Below, piece by piece: positions 52,828 through 61,415 of a stretch of DNA of 64,000 nucleotides. The translations under genes were made by a program, and so were the position numbers. Origin of the DNA: an uncultured Gaiellaceae bacterium (GTDB lineage Bacteria; Actinomycetota; Thermoleophilia; Gaiellales; Gaiellaceae); assembly GCA_963787855.1 (NCBI GenBank), contig CAWBER010000010.1:14066-78065 (forward strand), in the 5' to 3' direction. Position 1 is the stretch's first letter. Every line of letters begins with the position of its first letter. The notes under the pieces are model-generated. The model was not told the DNA's origin. It did not search any database and saw only the letters and a program-made list of their open reading frames with translations.

Positions 52828-54378
52828 TCAGACGAGGCCGCCGGGGTACTTCCACGGCCCCGGCTCGAGCTTGATGCCGCGCTTGCGGCAGAACTCGCGT
52901 ACGGAATCGAGTACGACGCCCGCGCTCCCATGGACACGGCGGCCGAGCAGGTCGAGAACCGCAACGCCCTCTGGCACATCGCCGCGCATGTCGAGCGCGA
53001 GCACGACGGCCGGAGCGTCGACACCACCCCGATAGATCGACGTGAACAGAACGCGCGTCCCTTCCACTTCGAAGGCGTCGTCGTGGACCGCCGTGACCTC
53101 GTGACCCCGCAGCGCGAGGAGCTCGTGGAGATCGACGACCATCCGTCGCGCCAGCTCGAGGCGGCGCGCGTCGGAGAGCTTGTGGCTGGAGCTGCCGGTC
53201 GCCTTCGCGGGGACGCCGATCGCGAACGACCCGGCGGGGATCTCACCCACGACATACGAGTTGGACGCGACGATCGCCTCGGCCCCGATCCTCGCGCCGG
53301 CGTACAGCACCGCACCGAGCCCGACCTGCGAGCGGTCTTCGAGCACGACCGGCGCGAAGCGGTTCTCGAAGCCCTCGAGCACCGAGTGTCCGATGTTGTG
53401 GGTGACGATCAGCGAGCGCATCGTCAGGAAGACCTCGCGGCCGATCAGCACCGGGCGGCAGACGTTCACGAACGCCTCGTCGCCGACGAACGCCAGGTCA
53501 CCGATCGCCAGCGTCGCCCACGGATCCCGGTGGCCGCCGCCGCCGATCCGGACCGAGCGTCCCCCCCAGATCCCCGAGCCGAGGAAGGCGCGGCGGCACC
53601 GCAGCTCGAGGTCGACGCCGAACTGGGTGACAGCTCCGACGGCGAACACCTCCTCGCACACGACGGTCGCGCGCGCGCCGAGCTGGACGCCGTCCGAGAT
53701 CACGATGCGGGGGGCGACGACCAGCGAGCCCTCGCCGAGCTCGACGTCCTCGCCGACCTCGGCCCCGTACTCGCGCAGGACCCGGACCTTCTCGGCGGGC
53801 GGCAGCGCGCGGAAGTCGTCCTGCTCCCGCAGAAGCCGCTCGTAGGACGACGGCTCGAGCGCACCCGACGCCCCGTCGGGATCGAACGTGTCCGGCAGCG
53901 AGACCCCGGCCGTCGAGACGCCTGCAAGCGCCGGGCTCGCCGAGGGCGTCGCGGCGGCCTTCTGAGCGTCGATCAGCGCCTCGACGTCCTTCTCCGTGAT
54001 GAAGCCGCGCTTCTCGACGGACGCGAGGTCGATCCCGTGCAGCTCGGCGAGCTCCACCGCCTTCCGCGTCGCCTTGCGGTCGCCCGCGGGCGGCTTCGGC
54101 GCCGGCTTCTCCTTCGCCTTGGCGTCGATCGACGCGAGCTCGTCGGCGGACTCGGCGACGTAGGCGATCGTCTTGCCCAGCTCGACCTCGATGTTCTCGG
54201 CGTAGAGCTGCACGATCGTCCCCGCGCCGGGCGCCTCGACTTCGACCGTCGCCTTGGTCGTCTCGACCACGCAGACCGGCTGGCCCGCAGTGACTTCCAC
54301 TCTGTCCTCCACGAGCCACTCCGCGAGAAGCGCGTACTCGGTGTTCGCGTCTTCGCGCGTGAGAACGATCTCGAGCAT
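52828..54378 (-). CDS. E2-like lipoyl carrier: lipoyl-attachment domain plus E1/E3-binding (PSBD) domain plus left-handed beta-helix hexapeptide acyltransferase plus unassigned C-terminal domain
   Basis: Lipoyl domain AGQPVCVVETTKATVEVEAPGAGTIV. PSBD ATRKAVELAELHGIDLASVEKRGFITEKDVEALI. Ala/Pro linkers. LbH region IGDLAFVGDEAFVNV...THNIGHSVLEGFENRFAPVVLEDRSQVGLGAVLYAGARIGAEAIVASNSYVVGEIPAGSFAIGVPAK. I saw no DHRxxDG-type E2 core. Confidence 0.8.
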   Translation of the reverse strand: MLEIVLTREDANTEYALLAEWLVEDRVEVTAGQPVCVVETTKATVEVEAPGAGTIVQLYAENIEVELGKTIAYVAESADELASIDAKAKEKPAPKPPAGDRKATRKAVELAELHGIDLASVEKRGFITEKDVEALIDAQKAAATPSASPALAGVSTAGVSLPDTFDPDGASGALEPSSYERLLREQDDFRALPPAEKVRVLREYGAEVGEDVELGEGSLVVAPRIVISDGVQLGARATVVCEEVFAVGAVTQFGVDLELRCRRAFLGSGIWGGRSVRIGGGGHRDPWATLAIGDLAFVGDEAFVNVCRPVLIGREVFLTMRSLIVTHNIGHSVLEGFENRFAPVVLEDRSQVGLGAVLYAGARIGAEAIVASNSYVVGEIPAGSFAIGVPAKATGSSSHKLSDARRLELARRMVVDLHELLALRGHEVTAVHDDAFEVEGTRVLFTSIYRGGVDAPAVVLALDMRGDVPEGVAVLDLLGRRVHGSAGVVLDSVREFCRKRGIKLEPGPWKYPGGLV

Positions 54379-54385
54379 GCGCGCG

Positions 54386-55420
54386 CTAGCTTCGCACGCC
54401 GTCGAGCGCCATCACCGCGGCAACAACGTCCTCGACGCTCGGAAGCATGTCGTCCTCGAGCGGACGGGCCGACGGGATGATCCCGTCGCGCGCGGCGACG
54501 CGCTGAACCGGAGCGCGAAGATGGCTCCACGCAGCCTCCTGGACGCGCGCGGCGATCTCTGCGCCGAAGCCGCCGGTCAGCGTTCCCTCCTCGGCCGTCA
54601 CGAGCGCGCCCGTGCGCGCGACGGACTCGAGCACGGCGTCGAGCTCCATCGGCACGAGCTGGGAGAGCGCGACGACCTCGCAGAAGATCTCATGCTCGAG
54701 CACGAGCTCGGTGACGGCGTCGAGGACGATCTGGAGCATTCCGCCGTACGTGACCACGGTCGCGGCGCCCTCGCTGAAGTCGGTCGCGGAGAAGGTCAGC
54801 GCGGGATAGGGGTCACCGCTCTCGCGCACGGCGAGCTCGCCGATGTGGCCGTCCTCGGGCCGCCGGATCGGCCGGCCGTACAGCAGCTTGTTCTCGATGA
54901 AGAAGACCGGGCGCTCGTCCTCGACCGCGGCTGCCAGCAATGCGCCGACGTCGTGGCACTCGCTCGGGGCGACGACGCAGATGTTGGGGATGCCGAGCAG
55001 GAGCTTCTCCAGAGACTGGCTGTGCGTCGGCCCGTAGCCGCGGCGGCCGCCCATCGGCGTGCGCACGACGAGCGGCACCGTCACCTGGTCGTCGTACATC
55101 TCGCGGAACTTCGAGATCCCGTTCACGATCTGGTCGAGCCCCAGCGCGACGAAGTCACCGAACATGATCTCGAGGATCGGCCGCTGGCCGCGAAGCGCCA
55201 TTCCCGCGGCGACGCCGAAGAGCGAGGCCTCGCTGATCGGCGTGGTGAGGACACGATCCGGGTACGCGTCGGAGAGCCCCTGCGTCACCTTGAACGCCCC
55301 GCCGTACGGGTCGAGCACGTCCTCGCCGAAGAGGACGACGTCGTCGCGCTCCGCGAAGAGCGCATGCAGCGTCTCGTTCAGAGCCTGCACGCCGCGCTTC
55401 CCCTGGGCCGTGGTCGTCAC
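54386..55420 (-). CDS. 2-oxoacid dehydrogenase E1 component, beta subunit (transketolase-like Pyr and C-terminal domains)
   Basis: GTG 55420 overlaps the E1 alpha stop (GTGA). Contains VVLFGEDV..YGGAFKVT.GL, TPISEA...GVAAGMAL.G.RPI.EIMF.DF, and RTPMGG..GYGPTHSQS. Confidence 0.9.
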   Translation of the reverse strand: MTTTAQGKRGVQALNETLHALFAERDDVVLFGEDVLDPYGGAFKVTQGLSDAYPDRVLTTPISEASLFGVAAGMALRGQRPILEIMFGDFVALGLDQIVNGISKFREMYDDQVTVPLVVRTPMGGRRGYGPTHSQSLEKLLLGIPNICVVAPSECHDVGALLAAAVEDERPVFFIENKLLYGRPIRRPEDGHIGELAVRESGDPYPALTFSATDFSEGAATVVTYGGMLQIVLDAVTELVLEHEIFCEVVALSQLVPMELDAVLESVARTGALVTAEEGTLTGGFGAEIAARVQEAAWSHLRAPVQRVAARDGIIPSARPLEDDMLPSVEDVVAAVMALDGVRS

Positions 55421-56316
55421 GCGGCGACTCCGGGAGCTGCGGCCGGTGCTTCGTCGGCCGCCTCGACCGTCTCCGCCAGACGCTCCTCGCACCGCTCCTC
55501 GATCGCCTTCCGCTCCTCGTCGGCGAGCCGACCGCCGGCGACGACCAGCGGATCGCGCGTGCGCCGCTCCTCGATCTCGGCCGGGTCGCGCTGGTCGTCC
55601 GACTTCGAGTGCGGGCTGAAGCGGTAGGTGTTGAGGACGAGGAAGAACGGCGCGCCCGTCTCCCGGATCCGCGCCACTGCGCGACCTGCCGCCTCGTGGA
55701 TCACGTCGACGTCCGTCGTGTCGAGCTCGTCGACCTCGACGCCGAACGCCGCGCCGCGGGCCGCGATCGATCCGGCGAGCTCGAGCTCGACCGGCGTCGA
55801 CTGCGCGTAGTAGTTGTTCTCGACGACGAACAGCACCGGCAGGCGCCACAGCGACGCGAGGTTCAGGGACTCGTAGGTCACGCCCTCGCCGAGCGTGCCG
55901 TCGCCGAGGAACACCGTCGAGACCGCGCCCGTGCCCTTGCGCTTCTCCGCGAGCGCGATGCCCGTCCCGACCGGGACGATGCTCCCGAGGACGCCGTTCG
56001 AATAGAAGTTCCCCTTGCAAAGGTGCTGACTACCACCCTTGCCGCCGCAGACGCCCGGCGCCTTCCCCATCACCTCGCACAGGAGGCCGAACGCGTCGTC
56101 GGTGAAGGCGAGGTAGTGCCCGTGGCAGCGGTGGTTGGAGAAGATCGTGTCGACATCAGGGTCGAGGTGGTCGATCAGGCCGACCGCGTTCGCCTCCTGC
56201 CCGATGTACGTGTGCGTCGTGCCCACGAGCTTCCCGAGCGAGAAGAGGTCGAGGAGGGTCTCCTCGAAGCGGCGGATGAAGAACATCCGCTCGTAGAACG
56301 TCGCAAGCTTGTCCAT
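55417..56316 (-). CDS. 2-oxoacid dehydrogenase E1 component, alpha subunit (TPP-binding)
   Basis: YIGQEA, HRCHGH, GGKGGSQH, and the TPP motif FLGDGTLGEGVTYESLNLASLWRLPVLFVVENNYYA. Confidence 0.9.
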   Translation of the reverse strand: MDKLATFYERMFFIRRFEETLLDLFSLGKLVGTTHTYIGQEANAVGLIDHLDPDVDTIFSNHRCHGHYLAFTDDAFGLLCEVMGKAPGVCGGKGGSQHLCKGNFYSNGVLGSIVPVGTGIALAEKRKGTGAVSTVFLGDGTLGEGVTYESLNLASLWRLPVLFVVENNYYAQSTPVELELAGSIAARGAAFGVEVDELDTTDVDVIHEAAGRAVARIRETGAPFFLVLNTYRFSPHSKSDDQRDPAEIEERRTRDPLVVAGGRLADEERKAIEERCEERLAETVEAADEAPAAAPGVAA

Positions 56317-57488
56317 CAGAGGTAGCCGAGGTCGGAGAGACGCTTCGCGACGGTCGCCTCTTCCTCCTCCGTCAGCTCGTGCGTCTCCGCGCTCTCCAGC
56401 TCACGGAAGACGATGTCGCGCAGCTCCTGCGCCGCGTCCGAGCGCGGGTGCAGCTCACGCGGGTCCTCGTCGAGGCGGTACGCCTCCTCCTCGCCGCTCT
56501 CTACGTGGAGGATCAGCTTCCAGGGCGGCTTGCGCACCGCGAGCTTCGTAAGTGCGCCCTTGTCGGTCCCCGCGATGATCGCGTCGCGGTCGCCGTCGAC
56601 GTGGAGCAGCGACTCGCCGTCCGTCTCACGCGCCGGAAGGCCTGCGAGCTCGAGCAGCGTCGGCATGAGGTCGACCGAGCGCACCTGGTGGTCGACGACC
56701 GCCGAATCGAGCCGGCCGGGAGCGGAGAGGATCAGCGGCACCTCGACGATCTCGTCGTAAAGCGTCGCGCCGTGCATGTGGTACACGCCCTGCACGTCGT
56801 CCTTCGCGCGGAAGCGCTCGCCCCACGACTCTCCGTGGTCGGAGAGGAAGGCGACGACGGTGTTCTCGCGCCGACCGAGCGTCTCGAGCTCCCCGAGGAA
56901 CGAGGCGACGAGCACTTCGGACTGCCGCTCGACCGCCGAGCGATAGCGCTCGCGCATCGCTTCGAGCGCGGACGCCGAATCGGACTGGATGCCCTCGATG
57001 ACCTCCTGCTTCGCTGCGAGCCAGTTCTTGCGGTCGGCATGGACGATGTCGTAGGGCATGTGCGTCGCCCAGTTGTGCACGTACAGGAAGAAAGGCGTGT
57101 CCCGCTTCGCGCGCAGCCACTCGAACGCGCCGTCGAGGGACTCGGACGTGCCGAGGACGTTCGCCTCGGGCAGGTCCTTGAAGAGGTAGTTCGTGTCGAA
57201 CACGAAGCTCGCGACGTCGTAGCCGTGGGCGGAGAACGCGCGGAAGGCAGTCTCGATCGACGGGTCGAGCGTCGCGTCCCAGTGCAGGTAGCCGTGGTGG
57301 TGCGCGTACATCCCGGTCACGATCGACGTGGTCGAGGGCGCGGTCCACGGCGCGGCGCTGATCGCATGCGCGTAGCGAACGCCCCCCGCGGCGAGCTCGT
57401 CGATCGTCCCCGTGTTCACGTACCGGGCGCCGTAGCAGCCGAGATGGTCCGTGCGCAGCGCATCGGAGACGTAGACGACGACGTTCAC
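56316..57488 (-). CDS. Cytoplasmic sulfatase-family (alkaline phosphatase superfamily) protein lacking the formylglycine motif
   Basis: NVVVYVSDALRTDHLGCYG and SDHGESWGE are sulfatase-fold metal-site motifs. At the C/S-x-P-x-R position the sequence is PWTAPSTTSIVTG. No signal peptide. The stop overlaps the E1 alpha ATG by 1 nt. Confidence 0.85.
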   Translation of the reverse strand: MNVVVYVSDALRTDHLGCYGARYVNTGTIDELAAGGVRYAHAISAAPWTAPSTTSIVTGMYAHHHGYLHWDATLDPSIETAFRAFSAHGYDVASFVFDTNYLFKDLPEANVLGTSESLDGAFEWLRAKRDTPFFLYVHNWATHMPYDIVHADRKNWLAAKQEVIEGIQSDSASALEAMRERYRSAVERQSEVLVASFLGELETLGRRENTVVAFLSDHGESWGERFRAKDDVQGVYHMHGATLYDEIVEVPLILSAPGRLDSAVVDHQVRSVDLMPTLLELAGLPARETDGESLLHVDGDRDAIIAGTDKGALTKLAVRKPPWKLILHVESGEEEAYRLDEDPRELHPRSDAAQELRDIVFRELESAETHELTEEEEATVAKRLSDLGYL

Positions 57489-57829
57489 AGCGCGGCCGAT
57501 TGTAGTGACGGGTCCGTGAGCTCCTACGATCAGAGGCGGGTGGCCTCGTCACGCGACATCGACTCCGCGATCGATCGCCTCGACGAGGCGTTGCGCACGA
57601 CTGGTCTCGCGGGTCTCGAGCCGCCGAGCGAAGTCCCGCCCGTGGCGGAGGTCGCCGACGCACCTCGACGTCTGGTGTCCTGCAGGCACGGGCGCTGGCC
57701 GATGACCTCGAAGGAGCGCAGGCGGCGGCGAGCTCGTTCGTCGACCGCTTGACGCAGGCGCGGCCGTCAGCCGTGGCGACCGACCTGCGGCCGCTCGACT
57801 GAGTCGTCGCAGAGACCTCGACGCGTAGC

Positions 57830-59044
57830 GTGCCGCCGGTGCGGAGGCAGGCACCTCTCTACGCCCTGTACGCCGCGGAGACGATCTCGCTCGCGGGAAA
57901 CGCCGTTGCCCAGCTCGCCATCCCCTGGTACGTCCTGATCACGACCGGGAGCGCAACGCTCACCGGTCTCGCCGTCTTCTTCAACTTCCTCCCGATCGTG
58001 CTCGCGGCCTTCTTCGGCGGCGTTGTCGTCGACCGGCTCGGCTTCCGGGCGACGAGCATCGTCGCCGACCTCGCCAGCGCGGCTGCCGTCGCGGCGATTC
58101 CGCTCATCGAGTCGACGGTCGGAATCGAGCTCTGGCAGCTCTTCGCACTCGTGTTCCTCGGTGCGCTCCTGGACGCGCCGGGAGCGACCGCGCGTGCCGC
58201 ACTCCTCCCCGACGTCGTGGAGCTTGCGGGCGCCCGGATGGAGCGCGCAAGCGGGATCCGGTCGGCGATCCAGCAGAGCGCGATCCTCATCGGCGCACCG
58301 GTCGGCGGCATTCTGGTCGCGGCTTTCGGGGCGACGACAGCGCTGTGGCTCGACGCGGCGAGCTTCCTCGTCTCCGCGACGCTCGTCGGATTCTTCATAC
58401 CGCGTCCGGCCGCAGCCGCTGCGGGTGAGGAGGAGGCGCCGGGCAGGTTCTTCGAGGAGCTCACCGAGGGCATGCGGTTCATCTGGCAGCGGCGCGTCCT
58501 GCGGGCCGTCGTCCTCATGGTGCTCCTCTCCAACCTCCTGGAGGCGCCGTTCCCGGTGGTGATGTCGGTCTTCGCCCGTGAGGAGTACGGCAGCGCGTCC
58601 GACCTCGGGCTCATGTTCGGCGTCTTTGGAGGCGGCGCGCTCGCGGGATCCCTCGTCTACAGCGCGATCGGGCACCGGCTGCCGCGGCGGCGGACATTCC
58701 TGTGGTGCTTCGCGGGCATACCGATCGCGTACTTGGCGCTCGCGACCCTGCCGCCGCTACCCGTTGCACTCGTCGCGCTCGCCGTCACCGGCCTCGTGGC
58801 TGGCCCGATCAACCCGCTGCTCTTCACCGTCCTGACCGAGATCGTCCCGACGCAGTTGCGCGGACGCGTCTTCGGCGCTGTGCGAGGCGGCGCCTGGGCT
58901 GCGATCCCCCTCGGCACACTTGTCGGCGGGGTGCTCGTGGGCGCAATCGGTGTCGCGCCGACGTTTCTCGCGATCGGCGTGCTCCTCGCGCTCGTCGTCG
59001 CCCACGGCTTCGTCAACCCCGCGTTCCGGGAGATGGACCCGTGA
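57830..59044 (+). CDS. MFS transporter (12-TM, EntS/MFS_3-like)
   Basis: 404 aa, 12 hydrophobic segments, DRLGFR motif after TM2. Confidence 0.85.
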   Translation: MPPVRRQAPLYALYAAETISLAGNAVAQLAIPWYVLITTGSATLTGLAVFFNFLPIVLAAFFGGVVVDRLGFRATSIVADLASAAAVAAIPLIESTVGIELWQLFALVFLGALLDAPGATARAALLPDVVELAGARMERASGIRSAIQQSAILIGAPVGGILVAAFGATTALWLDAASFLVSATLVGFFIPRPAAAAAGEEEAPGRFFEELTEGMRFIWQRRVLRAVVLMVLLSNLLEAPFPVVMSVFAREEYGSASDLGLMFGVFGGGALAGSLVYSAIGHRLPRRRTFLWCFAGIPIAYLALATLPPLPVALVALAVTGLVAGPINPLLFTVLTEIVPTQLRGRVFGAVRGGAWAAIPLGTLVGGVLVGAIGVAPTFLAIGVLLALVVAHGFVNPAFREMDP

Positions 59045-59583
59045 GGGCGGTGATCCTCGTCGAGGGGATCAGCGACCAACACGCTGTCGAGGCGCTCGCA
59101 GTGCGGCGCGGCCGCGACCTGGGTGAGGAGGACGTCTCGATCGTGCCGATAGGGGGTGCGCACGCGATCGCTGCTGCGCTCGAGCGGTTCGGCCCGAGCG
59201 GGCTCGACGTCACACTGGCCGGCCTCTGCGACGTCGGCGAGGAGCACGCATTCAGGCGCGGCCTCGAGCGGGCGGGACTGGGCGCAAACCTCGACCGGGC
59301 CGGCATGGAGGCGCTCGGCTTCTACGTGTGCGACACCGACCTCGAGCACGAACTGGTGCGGGCGCTCGGCGTCGACGCCGTGCTGCGGATCGTCGACGAG
59401 CAGCGCGAGCTGAGCTCGTTCCGCACCTTCCAGAAGCAGCCGGCGAAGCGGGAGCTCGACCTCGAGGAGCAGCTGTGGCGGTTCATGTGGAACCGGAAGA
59501 TCCGGTACGCGACGTTGCTGGTCGAGGCGCTCGATCTCGAGCGTGTGCCGCGCCCGCTCGACGGCGTCCTAGCTCACGTCTGA
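59041..59583 (+). CDS. Stand-alone TOPRIM (OLD-nuclease-type) domain protein
   Basis: The GTG overlaps the MFS stop (GTGA). Contains VILVEGISDQHAVEALA...IVPIGGA...GLCDVGEE...YVCDTDLEHEL. The conserved E and DxD acidic positions of Toprim are present, but there is no ATPase domain. Confidence 0.6.
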   Translation: MRAVILVEGISDQHAVEALAVRRGRDLGEEDVSIVPIGGAHAIAAALERFGPSGLDVTLAGLCDVGEEHAFRRGLERAGLGANLDRAGMEALGFYVCDTDLEHELVRALGVDAVLRIVDEQRELSSFRTFQKQPAKRELDLEEQLWRFMWNRKIRYATLLVEALDLERVPRPLDGVLAHV

Positions 59584-60965
59584 GCGGCGAGAAGCGGCGA
59601 CCCACGCATCCCCGCCGGCTCCTCGATCCCGAGGATCTCGAGCACGGTCGGAGCGATGTCGAGCAGGTGTGCGTCGCGCCGCCCGGCGGCGCCGATGCCC
59701 GGGCCGGCGACGACATACAGGCCGTCCTGAGCGTGGTTCGCGTCATCAGGCCCCGTGTCGTTCTCGAGTGTCTGGATGCCCTCGTCGCCGCCGATGGTTC
59801 CGACCGAGCGCCAGAGGAGGTCGCCGAAGACGACGATGAGGTCGGGTGCGACGCCCTGCGGCTCGCCGTACAGCTCCTCCGGCTTGTAGACGGTGGTGGG
59901 GATCGGGTTTCCGGCGTCGTCCGGGATGGCCGCGATGCGGCGCGCAAGATCGTCGCGAACGGCCTCGTACTCCTCGGGCGGGATCGTCCCTTCCGGCTCG
60001 CGGCCGGCGACGTTCAGGAAGACGCGCGCGTAGTAGCCGCCTTCCCCCCACGCTGTCGTTCGCGACCAGTCGACCCCTACGTCGCGCAACGACGAAACGC
60101 CGTTCGGCTCGGCGAGCGTCGCGAGCAACTCCTCGCGGCGCAGCCACTCGTTGATCCGGATCCCTCCGTCGAGGCGCTTCGCGCCGTGGTCGGAAAGGAC
60201 GAAGACGACGGTGTCGTCGTCGGCGTGCTCGAGCAGCTTCCCGATGAGGCCATCCACGTGGCGGTGGTAGTCGAGGATCGCGCTCTCGTACGCGTTCCCG
60301 GGCTCGTGCTTGCGGTGCTCGGGGTCCATGAACTTCCAGAAGCCGTGGTGCATGCGGTCCGGCCCCATCTCGACCATCGCGAACAGCGTCCACGGCTTCG
60401 TCTCCAGGAGGTGCTCGGCGAGCGCGAAGCGCCGGTCGGTCATCTCGTACACCTGGCGCAGCAGGTACTCCTTGTCGTCCGTGCGGAAGTCCTTGGTGTC
60501 GAAGAGGTACTCGCCGACAACGTCTGCGATCTCGTCCTTCAGCGCTGCCGGGTACGTGTACTTCGAATCGAGCGACGGTGTGAGGAAGCAGCCCACCATG
60601 ACGCCGTTCAGCGGCTTCGGCGGGTAGCAGCCGGGCACCGAGAGCACGATCGACGAGCCGCCCGCGCGCGTGACGAGATCCCAGAGCCGCGGCTCCTTGA
60701 TCGCGGTCGACATCGCGATGAAGCCGCCGTCGTACGTGTGGTCGGAGCGATTCCGGAAGCCATAGACGCCGAGGTCTCCGGGCGTCTTCGACGACATCAT
60801 GCAGGACCACGCAGGCACGGTGATCGGCGGGATGACCGAGGTCAGGCGACCGTACGTCCCGCGCTCCATGAGCCGCGAGATCGTCGGCAGCTCGTCGCGC
60901 CAGCGCTCGAGGACAAGCGAGGGCTCGGCGCAGTCGAGCCCGATGAGCATGACCTTCCGCGGCAC
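59574..60965 (-). CDS. Alkaline phosphatase superfamily protein, type I phosphodiesterase/nucleotide pyrophosphatase (NPP) type
   Basis: VMLIGLDCAEP, PPITVPAWSCMMS (Thr nucleophile context), VLSDHGA. 463 aa, no signal peptide. Confidence 0.8.
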   Translation of the reverse strand: MPRKVMLIGLDCAEPSLVLERWRDELPTISRLMERGTYGRLTSVIPPITVPAWSCMMSSKTPGDLGVYGFRNRSDHTYDGGFIAMSTAIKEPRLWDLVTRAGGSSIVLSVPGCYPPKPLNGVMVGCFLTPSLDSKYTYPAALKDEIADVVGEYLFDTKDFRTDDKEYLLRQVYEMTDRRFALAEHLLETKPWTLFAMVEMGPDRMHHGFWKFMDPEHRKHEPGNAYESAILDYHRHVDGLIGKLLEHADDDTVVFVLSDHGAKRLDGGIRINEWLRREELLATLAEPNGVSSLRDVGVDWSRTTAWGEGGYYARVFLNVAGREPEGTIPPEEYEAVRDDLARRIAAIPDDAGNPIPTTVYKPEELYGEPQGVAPDLIVVFGDLLWRSVGTIGGDEGIQTLENDTGPDDANHAQDGLYVVAGPGIGAAGRRDAHLLDIAPTVLEILGIEEPAGMRGSPLLAAQT

Positions 60966-60991
60966 GCGGCAACGATAGAGGTCGAGTAGCG

Positions 60992-61414
60992 TTGGACGGC
61001 GTGGCGACCCGACGTCACAAGCACCTCGCGCTCATCATCGCGCGGGAGCTCGCATCGCAGCTGGCCACGGCGACCTTCATCGCGGATGCGAGCGGCGAGC
61101 TCGTCTTCTACAACGAGGCGGCCGAGGACATCCTCGGCCGGAGCTTCGCCGAAGCCGGAGCCATGCCGGCTTCGGAGTGGTCGTCGCTCTTCAGCGTCGA
61201 GGATCTCGACGGAGCGCCCGTCGCCCTCGCCGACCTCCCGGGAGGGATCGCCCTCGCCGAGCAGCGGCCGGCACATGCACACGTGCGTATCGTCGGCCTC
61301 GACGGAGAGCGGCGTGCCATCTCGATCACCGCCATCCCCCTCTTCGCCCATCCAACCGAGGTAGTCGGAATGGTCGCGTACTTCTGGGAGGGCGACGGAC
61401 CGGGAGGCGAGTAA
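60992..61414 (+). CDS. PAS-domain protein (single domain)
   Basis: FIADASGELVFYNEAAEDILGRSFAE...ISITAIPLF. TTG start at 60992; GTG alternative at 61001. Confidence 0.55.
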   Translation: MDGVATRRHKHLALIIARELASQLATATFIADASGELVFYNEAAEDILGRSFAEAGAMPASEWSSLFSVEDLDGAPVALADLPGGIALAEQRPAHAHVRIVGLDGERRAISITAIPLFAHPTEVVGMVAYFWEGDGPGGE

Positions 61415-61415
61415 C

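Noticed and set aside
57489-57829. A 340-bp gap upstream of the E1 operon with protein-like stretches (…DIDSAIDRLDEALRTTG…, …QARALADDLEGAQAAASSFVDRLTQ…) in two different frames.
   Set aside because: No frame gives an ORF of at least 60 codons with a start and SD, and no family is recognisable. It could be a decayed gene, but I cannot support a call.
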